Source of the DNA: Promethearchaeota archaeon
Lineage (GTDB): Archaea > Asgardarchaeota > Lokiarchaeia > Sigyniarchaeales > SOKP01
DNA length: 64,000 bases
Assembly: GCA_029838195.1 (NCBI GenBank)
Contig: JALGVJ010000004.1
Location: 160,001-224,000 of the forward strand
Direction: 5' to 3'
Part shown: positions 30,202-39,913 of the stretch, piece after piece
Layout: each line of letters opens with the position of its first letter
How positions within the stretch are numbered: the first letter of the stretch is position 1
The notes under the pieces: generated by a model
Database searches by the model: none
What the model was told of the DNA's origin: nothing
The model's input: only the letters and a program-made list of their open reading frames with translations
Translations under genes and position numbers: made by a program

Positions 30202-31041
30202 TTATTTTTCCTTTTCCATTAAACCTCTTTTTGATAAAAGTTCCTGGCTTGAACGATGAGGTGTTCTTAAAACGGTATCGTTGGATTTCTCTATTTCTCG
30301 AGCATCATCACACATTTTAGCAGCATAACGCATCATTTCATGGGCAGCAGCCAATAATGGCATGTATTCCTCCCGCTCTTTTAAAACAAAACAAGCTTTA
30401 CTCGTTACCTTTGATACGGAGCTTGCTAGATTAAATGCAGCAATGGCTTTTGCTCGTGCATATGGATTAGAAAATCCGGCAATTTCAGTCGCCAACTCTG
30501 CCGTGATTTCAATTTGAGGAAGTACCGGAGCCTTGCCTTCTAACATGTCCATAATAACTTTATTTAATTCAACAACTATAACTTGTAAAGCACCTGTTAT
30601 AGCTAATACTTTTAATAAATCAGAATTGAATAAACTCATTTCTATCGGATCCAAAAAGGGGCGTCGAGCGCCAATCATGGAATCACAATCTACTAAGATA
30701 TAACCCATGCCTTTTTCTTTAATTTCTTCTATTGCTTTTTTAGCGGGAGCATCAGAAATTACTATTGCGGGTATTTGTCCGACCATTTCTCTTATTTGTT
30801 TAGGGCCTTTCAATGCGGCATTAGGCGAACTCATGATTATCAATTCGGGTTTCCAAGCTAATAATTCTTCCATGGCTTTCACACAGACTTCAGGGGGGTG
30901 CATGGCAGCACCAGATGTGACTTCTCTCACTTCAAGTCGAGTTGCTTCAGCTCTCTCATCAATGAGAAAAGCTAACAAAAGAGAGCTTCCAATAGTACCA
31001 TTTTTGAGAATTCCGATTTTTAATTTCTTTTCTTCGCTCAT
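30202..31041 (-). CDS. mtd: F420-dependent methylene-H4MPT dehydrogenase
   Basis: GILKNGTIG, DERA, SPNAALKGP, DSMIGARRPFLDPIEM, FSNPYARAKA, AAAHEMMR, AREIEKSND, RTPH. Confidence 0.95.
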   Translation of the reverse strand: MSEEKKLKIGILKNGTIGSSLLLAFLIDERAEATRLEVREVTSGAAMHPPEVCVKAMEELLAWKPELIIMSSPNAALKGPKQIREMVGQIPAIVISDAPAKKAIEEIKEKGMGYILVDCDSMIGARRPFLDPIEMSLFNSDLLKVLAITGALQVIVVELNKVIMDMLEGKAPVLPQIEITAELATEIAGFSNPYARAKAIAAFNLASSVSKVTSKACFVLKEREEYMPLLAAAHEMMRYAAKMCDDAREIEKSNDTVLRTPHRSSQELLSKRGLMEKEK

Positions 31042-31214
31042 TATTCTCAACTTTTAATTTCTTCTTGTTATTACTCTTAAATTTTTTACTATATTAATAG
31101 TTTAATTTTTTTTTAACTTTTAAATAAGATTGAAAACTAACTATTTTAACAAGAATTGAAATTGAAATGAAATGTGAAATTTGAAAAATAAATTACCGAT
31201 AAAAGGATTAAAAA

Positions 31215-32126
31215 ATGGAATTAAATGGAGTTGAAATTGAAGATACATATTGCGAAGCGTTTGGGAGCTTTCTTTCAAGAATTATCGTTACGGCTAAGAA
31301 TGAAAAGTGGGCAAAAATTGCTGCTCAAGTAGCCACGGGATATGGCACGTCTACAATTCATTGCGACGCAGAAGCGGGATTTGATGTCTTGATTCCCGCC
31401 GATCAAACCCCGGATAAACGTCCTGGCGTGGCTTTAATGTTTTTTGTTGGAAAGAAGGAAAAAATAGGAAATGTTGTCATGAATCGATTAGGACAATGTG
31501 TTCTGACCTGTCCTACTACTGCTTGTTTTGATGGAATGAAGGAATCCTTAGATCCGAGTAAGGTTTTTGAGATTAAAATTGGAGCAAATTTAAGATATTT
31601 TGGTGATAAGTTCGAAGAAAAGATAGAAGGCACGTATGATTTTGAAGCGTGGAGAATCCCGGTCATGGATGGGGAATTCATCTGCCAAAGCCTGGCTAAA
31701 GTTGGAAAAGGGATTGCAGGAGGTAATTTTTTGATAATCGCAAAAGATCAAGATTCTGGACTTGCAGCTGCTGAAAAGGCTATAGAAGCTATTAATAATG
31801 TTGAAAATGTCATTGCACCATTTCCAGGAGGCATTGCAAGATCTGGTTCAAAAGTTGGTTCGAAATATAGTTTTTTAAATGCTAGTACGAATGATCGTTA
31901 TTGTCCCACGTTAAGAACTAAGATTGAAAATTCTGCGTTGAAAGAAGGGGATAATTGCGTGTATGAAGTCATATTAGATGGAGCGACAGAAGATGCCATA
32001 AAGAAAGCGATAAAAGTTGGCATTGAGGCAGCGGTAACTGTTCCTGGAGTGAACAGAATTTCAGCAGGCAATTATGGAGGCAAATTGGGAAAATTTCTTT
32101 ATAAATTACATGAAATACTAGGATAA
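31215..32126 (+). CDS. ftr: Formylmethanofuran:tetrahydromethanopterin formyltransferase
   Basis: NGVEIEDTYCEAF, CDAEAG, TPDKRPG, GQCVLTCPTTA, YFGD, AGGNF, PFPGGIARSGSKVGS, ISAGNYGGKLG. Confidence 0.97.
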   Translation: MELNGVEIEDTYCEAFGSFLSRIIVTAKNEKWAKIAAQVATGYGTSTIHCDAEAGFDVLIPADQTPDKRPGVALMFFVGKKEKIGNVVMNRLGQCVLTCPTTACFDGMKESLDPSKVFEIKIGANLRYFGDKFEEKIEGTYDFEAWRIPVMDGEFICQSLAKVGKGIAGGNFLIIAKDQDSGLAAAEKAIEAINNVENVIAPFPGGIARSGSKVGSKYSFLNASTNDRYCPTLRTKIENSALKEGDNCVYEVILDGATEDAIKKAIKVGIEAAVTVPGVNRISAGNYGGKLGKFLYKLHEILG

Positions 32127-32185
32127 AAAAAGAAAAGAAATTAAAAAATATATGATTTTTTTAAAAACTAATTTTTTATAAAATT

Positions 32186-33943
32186 TTAAAGTTTCCTGCG
32201 AATTCTTTTTTTAGGCTTTTCCTTTTTCTCTCTTGGAGGTTTAGCCTTTTCTTCACTAATTTCCTCTTTAGGCTTTTTTTCTTCTTTTTCTCCCCGCTTT
32301 TTCCTCTTTTTTTCCCTTATTTTCTTTTTAGGCGTAGGTACTTTTTCTTTTTGTTTTTGAGCAAGCAATTCTTCTTGCTTTTTCAAGAATCGTGTTTTAA
32401 AAAAACCCATTACAACTCCGATTCCGGCCACAGTGCCAAACGATAGACCAATGATGAGCATGGAAATGGGAAATATTTCTTCCATCACGTTTGGTACGAT
32501 TATAATTTCTTGAGGTGCTGCTAAGTAATCATCATTTAATCCCACGGATACCCCATCCGTGTCCGTTACATTAACATACACGTACCATATTCCTTTACTT
32601 AAATCAACGGTTCGAATAGTAATATTGAGATTTTCTACATATTCACGCGTGATATTAAAATATTCATTTTCGGTATTTAATAAAGAGACCGTCACGAAAG
32701 CAATTCCCTCGACATCAGATGCATTAAAGGTAAAAGTTAGTAATTCACCATATTGAACAGTCAAGCTTGTATTCAGGGTTTGATTGTTTATTTTAAATCC
32801 GTATATCTTAGGGGGATTATTTTTCACTTCAAAATTTGCATAATACGTATCATTAACTCCCGAACTATCTTCTGCGGAAATTTGGACATCATAATTTCCT
32901 TTTGGTTGATTGGCTCCTACTGAGATGGTCCCTTCAAAAGAGCCATCATTTTTATTATCTAACATGATTGTTTCCGTTCCGCCTTCCGGATCTTCTACGA
33001 TTGCAGAAACCGTGAGGCTGGATGGATTGTCTTCGTTATCGGAAACATTAAGCGACAACGTGGTTGATTTTGTTCGGAATATCGAATTCCTTGAAAACTG
33101 AACGGTCGAGATTAAAATTGTTGGAGGCGTATTTTCCACGAAAAATTTAAAATATTCATCGATCCATTTAGAACCAGAAGTGGAGTTAATTTTAACATAA
33201 TAATATTTATTTACCGAATACGAGCTATTAATTTCGACAATGATTTGATAAGGATTAAGAGAGAGATCAACCGGATGTTCGAAACTGGGAGTTCTACGAT
33301 TATCATCAACGATGGAAATCTTCCAGGAATCAATACTCTCATTAACGGAAAATTCAGCTTTTAAAGCTTCTCCTCGGCGTAAGATGGTGGAGTTAAGGAA
33401 GGCAAGTGCATTTGATATGATTGTAAAATTTGTTAATGTTTCTCCCGTATTTAATTGAATTGTCTCATTATATACGAGAAATCTAACTTCATGAAATCCT
33501 GAAGGCGTGGTATATGTGGATTTATAGACATAGGTCCATGTATTATTATATTGATTGCCAATCGGAGTCATATCTTCCGTTGTTGTTGTTCCATCATTGA
33601 ATAAAAATTGGATCCTTGTTTTATTTACTCCTTTATTAGCATATCCGGATACATTAACGGTAAAATTAACGGACTCGAAATATCTCCTAATTGGTCTCGT
33701 GACATTTTTCCAAATATTAGAATAATTAAGAGGAATTCTCCCATTAAAAGAACTTAATGGTTTACTATTCTCATCTTTAGTTAAGAAGGGAATTGTTTCA
33801 TTTTCCGAATCAATATCAGGAGACCCCTTACACTCTCGTGGATTAACCACACCACTTGAAAATATAAAGTTAAGAGAGATGCCTACCAATATTAATGCTA
33901 TTAAGGTCAATTTTACAAATTGTCTCGTTTTCACGTGCCTCAT
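32186..33943 (-). CDS. Secreted, C-terminally membrane-anchored beta-sandwich (Ig-like) repeat protein with Lys-rich cytoplasmic tail
   Basis: N-terminal signal/TM; repeats ENTPPTI / KNNPPKI, GNYDVQISAED, GIWYVYVNVTDTDG; many NxS/T sequons; C-terminal TM then K/E-rich tail. Confidence 0.8.
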   Translation of the reverse strand: MRHVKTRQFVKLTLIALILVGISLNFIFSSGVVNPRECKGSPDIDSENETIPFLTKDENSKPLSSFNGRIPLNYSNIWKNVTRPIRRYFESVNFTVNVSGYANKGVNKTRIQFLFNDGTTTTEDMTPIGNQYNNTWTYVYKSTYTTPSGFHEVRFLVYNETIQLNTGETLTNFTIISNALAFLNSTILRRGEALKAEFSVNESIDSWKISIVDDNRRTPSFEHPVDLSLNPYQIIVEINSSYSVNKYYYVKINSTSGSKWIDEYFKFFVENTPPTILISTVQFSRNSIFRTKSTTLSLNVSDNEDNPSSLTVSAIVEDPEGGTETIMLDNKNDGSFEGTISVGANQPKGNYDVQISAEDSSGVNDTYYANFEVKNNPPKIYGFKINNQTLNTSLTVQYGELLTFTFNASDVEGIAFVTVSLLNTENEYFNITREYVENLNITIRTVDLSKGIWYVYVNVTDTDGVSVGLNDDYLAAPQEIIIVPNVMEEIFPISMLIIGLSFGTVAGIGVVMGFFKTRFLKKQEELLAQKQKEKVPTPKKKIREKKRKKRGEKEEKKPKEEISEEKAKPPREKKEKPKKRIRRKL

Positions 33944-36654
33944 GATTTCTTTAGAATATAACTTTTTATTTCCTTATTTTTATAAAATAACACGATTCCA
34001 ACGGGGACTATCATTGGTAATAAGTAAAAGATTAAAAGATTGACGGGAGAAAGTATTATCTGTACTTCATAATAAAGTTTCACAAAGGTGTTACCTTGGG
34101 AATCCTTTATCTCAACGTTATATTCTTTTGTAGAAAAAGCATAGGGATTTAGAGAAGGCGTGATTTCTTTAACAATTCTATTTTCTCCCGGATAAAGTTT
34201 TATTAAATTTGTCTCAACTTGCTCTCCATTGATATATAAAGAGAAATTCTCGGGTTCCTTTTGGTTATTTTGAATTATGAGAATTAACCATGCGGTTTCT
34301 CCTTGCGGTACTTGACTAGGGAAAGAATCCCTAATTAAGCTTAATTTAGGAAGAATGGTAACGCTAAATTGCTTGGTAAAAAAGATCTCATCTCCCTTAG
34401 AAATGCTCATCTCAATCTCGGTAGATTCAACTTCAGTAGTTTCTTTTACCGAGAGTTCATAATAAAAGATTTCATTATCATCGGGAGCTAAAACCTCTTC
34501 TATAGAAATATCTTTTATTCCTTCTCCCGAAAACGACACATTAAATTCTTGAGGGTTTCGAGCCAAATAATTAAACACTTTCATGGAAACATCAATTGTT
34601 CCTCCAGGATAGGCGTTTTTTGAGTAGGAGAATTCCGAGTATTTTAATGCAAGAATAATGGTAATATTAACTCGAAGGGTAAGATACAGTACCCCATCCT
34701 TTTTGAAATTGATATTAAAGGTGGAATTTCCCAGATTAGCATTGGGATTAATTTCTATTTCAAAGGGGACGACATTGCTAGCTGATTTGTTAATATACAT
34801 GTTTTTAGATTGATTTCTTACCACGCCTTCCTCTATCGAGGCTATTAATGTTAAATTTTCATTCCGAATGCTTTTAATTGTAAATTCTATATCAAAAATT
34901 TGTCCTTGATACAATTCATTTAGATTATCAATTTCTTCCGTGCTAACATGATAAATGCCCGAACTAACGTTAAAATATTTCGTGATGGATGCGGGAGCAA
35001 AATAAGTAGTATTGGCAATGATATTAATATAATAATTATTTGCAATAGGAAGCGTTTCATTGATTCTAAAGGTGATTTCGTGAGAATCATCTCCTTCTGA
35101 TAAAAAGGCCGTTTGAGATTGAATTAATGTTCCGTTAGGAAATTTAAATAAATAAGTGATGTTTGCGTTCGTGATGTTATAAGTACTTAAAAGATAAGAT
35201 TCATATACATAGCGAGTGGTCATGTTTAATATATCTTGTTCAAAGATAAATTCGGGGATGTCATCGGAAACGTTATATTCAGCATAAATTTTAGAGGAGT
35301 TATAAATTTCAAGAGCTTTCATGTACGCTTCGCACAGTTTTAAATTAGAATTAAAATTTTTATTTCCATTTGATAACGTTCCAATGGAATAATTATATGC
35401 ATTGGACGTAGTATCGTAAAATGATGTTTCAAAAGTATTATATAACTCAAGAGCTCGATTATAATACGTGATATTTCCTGTTAAAGAGAAGAATTTTAAA
35501 CACGCCATCATCATGAGAGCATTGGACTCCAGATCAATTAAATCACTCACTACCCTCCAATCTTCAGAAGCACTATAATTATATGCTCCATGCTGGGGGC
35601 TCCATAAACTTTGATTTAATTTATTATATAATAGGGTGGCATTAACATAATAGGGTGAATTAACGGTTCCATTCAATTTCCACATTTCTAACATTGCCAT
35701 AATGCCAAGCGCATTAACGTTTAAATATTTAGCATGATCCGTGGAATTCATATCAAATCCAAGAACTGTATCATTCCAACGATTATTGATGAGGGTAAAC
35801 ATGGTAAGATTGGCCAAATAAAATGCTCTATTTCTTATTTGCACGTCTATTTCAGCAGATCTATTAATTAATAACATGGCCAATACAGCTTGTAAATTGC
35901 AATCCGTTCGATAATCAGTAGAGAAATTATAAAACCGAAACAACCCTTCTTGTTCATTCCAAAACTGAGAGGAATTAACTAAATTAAAAGTGGTATTGAT
36001 GATCCTCAATGGAGTGTTGTTATTAATGGTTAAGTTTTCAAAATTCTCTAAAATAAGAAATACAGGCATTAAATTATCAACTAAATATCGATTTGTATCA
36101 ATTTTTTCTCCTGTAGTTCCATTTAATGACCGAATGTATCCATATTCGAAATTACTTCTATTTCCCTCATGCCAAAAGGAAGTTGAATTAAAATCTTGAA
36201 GAACTTGAAGTAATTCATTATCAGTCAACTCATTCTTTAGCAAACTATTATAAAGTAGTAAATTATCCTCTGAATAGGTAATATTAGTTAAAATCGAGCC
36301 GGAGGGATCTCCTTCCCTATAATACAAAATCAAGGGTAAGGTAATATTGGTTTGATATTTTGTTAAGAAAAAATCTTGGATGGATGAAAAATTTCTTGTA
36401 AATGGATCTTGAAAATCCGAAATCCCTAACGCTGATTGAGGGGGAATTTGAGTATGATTACTTGTCAAATTTTTGATATTGCCCGGAACTTGGTCTTGCT
36501 CGTTAATTAATTGAACGTGCGTAGCATCATCATGATTAAAATTTAAAATATTGATAAAAAGAACAAAGATGAGAAAGATACAGAGAAATAACTTGAGAGT
36601 GGTATTTCTTCTGAAGTTTACTTTTTTCAAAAGGACTCGTTCGGCAAAACTCAT
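33940..36654 (-). CDS. Large cell-surface protein: (alpha/alpha)6-barrel (GH76/AGE-like) domain + Ig-like domains + C-terminal TM anchor
   Basis: Signal/TM; repeats FWNEQEGLF, LWSPQHGAY, FYDTTSNAY, KYLNVNALGI, TGNITYYNRA; many sequons; TM LLIFYLLPMIVPVGIVLFY; ATGA overlap with the next gene. Confidence 0.78.
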   Translation of the reverse strand: MSFAERVLLKKVNFRRNTTLKLFLCIFLIFVLFINILNFNHDDATHVQLINEQDQVPGNIKNLTSNHTQIPPQSALGISDFQDPFTRNFSSIQDFFLTKYQTNITLPLILYYREGDPSGSILTNITYSEDNLLLYNSLLKNELTDNELLQVLQDFNSTSFWHEGNRSNFEYGYIRSLNGTTGEKIDTNRYLVDNLMPVFLILENFENLTINNNTPLRIINTTFNLVNSSQFWNEQEGLFRFYNFSTDYRTDCNLQAVLAMLLINRSAEIDVQIRNRAFYLANLTMFTLINNRWNDTVLGFDMNSTDHAKYLNVNALGIMAMLEMWKLNGTVNSPYYVNATLLYNKLNQSLWSPQHGAYNYSASEDWRVVSDLIDLESNALMMMACLKFFSLTGNITYYNRALELYNTFETSFYDTTSNAYNYSIGTLSNGNKNFNSNLKLCEAYMKALEIYNSSKIYAEYNVSDDIPEFIFEQDILNMTTRYVYESYLLSTYNITNANITYLFKFPNGTLIQSQTAFLSEGDDSHEITFRINETLPIANNYYINIIANTTYFAPASITKYFNVSSGIYHVSTEEIDNLNELYQGQIFDIEFTIKSIRNENLTLIASIEEGVVRNQSKNMYINKSASNVVPFEIEINPNANLGNSTFNINFKKDGVLYLTLRVNITIILALKYSEFSYSKNAYPGGTIDVSMKVFNYLARNPQEFNVSFSGEGIKDISIEEVLAPDDNEIFYYELSVKETTEVESTEIEMSISKGDEIFFTKQFSVTILPKLSLIRDSFPSQVPQGETAWLILIIQNNQKEPENFSLYINGEQVETNLIKLYPGENRIVKEITPSLNPYAFSTKEYNVEIKDSQGNTFVKLYYEVQIILSPVNLLIFYLLPMIVPVGIVLFYKNKEIKSYILKKS

Positions 36655-36908
36655 TTATCAATACAATTATTTACCAAAATTCTTATTAACATTCAAAATT
36701 TTTCATATTTTTAAAAGTTTTTTCATGTTTTTCTTTAATTTTCCATAAAGAAGGCTCATTGGGAGGGAAATAAGTAGGTATTCATGTAAAATAATGAAAA
36801 AGAATGAAGAGATTAAAGAATTTAATTTTTCAGAATTTAAAATCTCTTATTGAGAGGATCTTTGAAAGAGAAAAGGATTTGTGATTGGAACTTAGAAAAA
36901 AAGGCTTT

Positions 36909-38417
36909 TTATATCTGAAAATTTTTTACCGTGAATTGCTCATTCAAATATTCCGGAATGTTTTCAATCTCAATTCGAATTTGCTCCATGGAATCTCGTT
37001 CTCGAATCGTCACGGTATTATCATCGAGAGATTCATAATCTATCGTTATGCAATAACAAGTTCCTAACTCATCTTGTCTCCTATATCGTTTTCCAATTGA
37101 TCCTGCCTCGTCGTAAAAAGAGATAATGCGATGATTTAATAATAATTCATGGACTTTTTTGGCTAAATTTTTAATCTCTATCTTGTTCCTCACTAATGGA
37201 AAGACTGCTACTTGATTTGGTGCTAAATAGGGATTTAATTTTAGGTTGATCCTCTCATTATCGACCGTAAAAGAGGTTTCAAGTAATGTATATAAGATTC
37301 TATCAATTCCAAAAGCAATTTCTAAAATTTGAGGAATTTCTTTTTCCTTGCTATTTGGATCCATCATTACACTAAAAACTTGTTTAGAAAATTCCCCGTG
37401 TCGTCTTAAATCATAATCCGTACGGTCATGAATTCCACAAATTTCAACCCATCCAAATTGTCTTGTTTTAATCTCTAAATCCCAAGCATCATCTGCATAA
37501 TGTGCCCTTTCATTGGGAGAATGCTGTCTAAATCTCATGAAATCATCAGTAAAGCCTAATATTCTAGTTAAATAATAGCCTAAATATAAACAGTAAGCGT
37601 AGGCCGGCTTTTTAAGAATTTTTGAATTAATTGCTTCTTCTAAAGTAATTTTGTTTGGAACTTGTACTTTTTCCTCCTGAAGCTTCCAATCTAACAGAGG
37701 CAAGCTGGTAGATTTGATCGTTTCATATTCTTCAAAATTCATCTCTTGCTTTTTGCCGATAAAGAGCTGTAATTCAAATTGATCGAATGCTCGCATTCTT
37801 AATACCATTTGACGAGGAGAGATTTCATTTCGATAGGCTTTGCCGTATTGAAAAACTTTTATTGGGTATTGTCTCCGATTCACTTGATCTAACCGATTAA
37901 ATAATAAATAGGTAGTTGTTGCAGTTTCAGGTCGTAAATAGGCAATTGAATTATTTCCAACTGTAGTTTTTAACATTAAATTATATTCTTCAATCTTCTC
38001 TATGGGAGTATCGCAATTAGGACAAGTAAGCTTGTGTTTTTTGATTAATTTTTCCATTTCATCGAATGAAATGCCATCAATCATGGTATCCGGAAGTTTT
38101 TCTTGAAGAAATTTATCTGCTCGCAATAATGTTTCACATTTAGAACATTTGAGTACGGGATCAATAAATCGATCAAGATGTCCGGAGGCTTTCCATACGA
38201 TTTCGGGCATTACCGTTGGGCATTCGACTTCTCCAAACCCTAATGCCCGCAATTCTTTTCTAAATAATGAGAGGACATTGTTTTTTAAAGCCATGCCTGC
38301 TGGGCCGTAAGAATAAAATCCTGCCAACCCACCATAAATTTCCGGACTAGGGCCCCAAATAAAGCCCGCTCTTTTTAGAAGAGAATTAAAAGTGTCAATA
38401 TTGTCTTCAATTTTCAT
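36909..38417 (-). CDS. glyS: Glycine--tRNA ligase (homodimeric archaeal/eukaryotic type)
   Basis: EIYGGLAGFYSYGP, WKASGHL, YLRPETA, YRNEISPR, RAHYA, EICGIHDRTDYDL, GSIGKRYRRQDELGT. Confidence 0.97.
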   Translation of the reverse strand: MKIEDNIDTFNSLLKRAGFIWGPSPEIYGGLAGFYSYGPAGMALKNNVLSLFRKELRALGFGEVECPTVMPEIVWKASGHLDRFIDPVLKCSKCETLLRADKFLQEKLPDTMIDGISFDEMEKLIKKHKLTCPNCDTPIEKIEEYNLMLKTTVGNNSIAYLRPETATTTYLLFNRLDQVNRRQYPIKVFQYGKAYRNEISPRQMVLRMRAFDQFELQLFIGKKQEMNFEEYETIKSTSLPLLDWKLQEEKVQVPNKITLEEAINSKILKKPAYAYCLYLGYYLTRILGFTDDFMRFRQHSPNERAHYADDAWDLEIKTRQFGWVEICGIHDRTDYDLRRHGEFSKQVFSVMMDPNSKEKEIPQILEIAFGIDRILYTLLETSFTVDNERINLKLNPYLAPNQVAVFPLVRNKIEIKNLAKKVHELLLNHRIISFYDEAGSIGKRYRRQDELGTCYCITIDYESLDDNTVTIRERDSMEQIRIEIENIPEYLNEQFTVKNFQI

Positions 38418-38850
38418 TCTTTATCCAACGCTCGAAAAGATATTTATTCAATTGATTTGAATTAAACATGTTATTTGTATTTTTTTACTATTAGCGATAC
38501 ATTGGCAAATATTTACACGTGGAGATGTAATTCGAAGGATTATTGAACTCTTTAAATTCTATTCTCAAGGGGATCTCTTTATCTGTGAGTCCCTATCTTT
38601 TTTTTCATTTAAAATTTCTTGGTGGACTTCCTTTAAATTAGTTTTTTTTAAGAATCATGAGAGACCTAATTCTTATATGTAAGATTTTTTACTTTGAGAA
38701 GATTAAATAGTATAATATTAAAATTTTAATGGGAAAACGAAAATTTTTCTGAGTTTTCCATTATCAGATATATATAAATAATATAAAAAGATAAAAATAT
38801 CATAAAACATAATAAATAAAATTAAATAAATTACAAGCACTTGATTACTC

Positions 38851-39708
38851 ATGATTTATCAACAAGATTATTTTACTAAATTCACCTTTTATGATGCCGT
38901 GGAGCTCGGACTTTTTAGCTGCATTACGGGATACTATGTTTTGTTCTTTTTTTATTTCTTTTTAATGCGATATCGCACTAGTAAGCGATTTTACTGGCTT
39001 TGTTTTTCATTTTTATTTTTAGCACTCGCTGTGGCACGAATTTTTTTCATTTTATACTACTTTTTCGTACCGGAATTGGAAAATCAGATCTCACTCATGG
39101 AATTAATAAATCTATTAATGTTTACATATCGCATGGCTACTTTCTTTACGTGGATTAGCATATCTTTCATCATGGGCGTGCTAGGGGTATTGCTTTTTCC
39201 TCCGAACAAGGAATTAATCGAAATTCCTACAGAAGACAATAGTTTAAAAACAAAAATTATCTACTTCTTTCTACGGGATAAAGTGAAATTAACTTTGAGA
39301 GTAATATTGATGGGGGTTCCGTTGGTGATGGCGATCCTAGCTTTGACGTTACCAGATGAGCTTTTCATGGATCCTGATATTGCTACAACTTACAATCTAT
39401 CCATTCAATTAAAAACGGTATTTGGCTATCCTTATGGACGTTTTATCTATAACATCATAATGCTCCCGTTGATGGTCTTCTTAATTCCTATTATCTTTCT
39501 CTACTTGGCATTTAAAACATTCGGAATTCTGCGGAGATCTTATACTTTAAATGCATTAGGATTTTTCCTATATTTCGCTGGGCGAGCAAGTACGGGAATT
39601 TTTGATGCTTTAATGTGGTATAATGCAAAAGCGATTATCCCTCCATTGTTTATCATTCTTGCCTTATTGGTTTTCGTGATTGGAAACGTATCAGAATCGC
39701 TTAAATGA
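38851..39708 (+). CDS. Polytopic (~7 TM) membrane protein; probable paralog of 122-823
   Basis: About seven hydrophobic helices; shared C-terminal pattern with 122-823. Confidence 0.72.
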   Translation: MIYQQDYFTKFTFYDAVELGLFSCITGYYVLFFFYFFLMRYRTSKRFYWLCFSFLFLALAVARIFFILYYFFVPELENQISLMELINLLMFTYRMATFFTWISISFIMGVLGVLLFPPNKELIEIPTEDNSLKTKIIYFFLRDKVKLTLRVILMGVPLVMAILALTLPDELFMDPDIATTYNLSIQLKTVFGYPYGRFIYNIIMLPLMVFLIPIIFLYLAFKTFGILRRSYTLNALGFFLYFAGRASTGIFDALMWYNAKAIIPPLFIILALLVFVIGNVSESLK

Positions 39709-39913
39709 AATTATATCATTTATTTCGGGAGAGTCACCCCTATTCTACGAAGTAATTGTGTTTTCACATTTTTATTCTTCTCTTTTATGAAAACATAAAA
39801 AATAATAAATGGAAAAACTTGAATTTTAATATATTAACGAAAAATAATATTTGCGAATACAATCTTTTATTAAATTATTTTTAATTAAAAAAATCATTAT
39901 CAAGGCAATTAAC

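Noticed and set aside
38418-38850. Startless open frame and weak hairpin (GGGGATCTC...GAGTCCCT) upstream of glyS
   Set aside because: No start or SD and no family resemblance; the hairpin is short and imperfect
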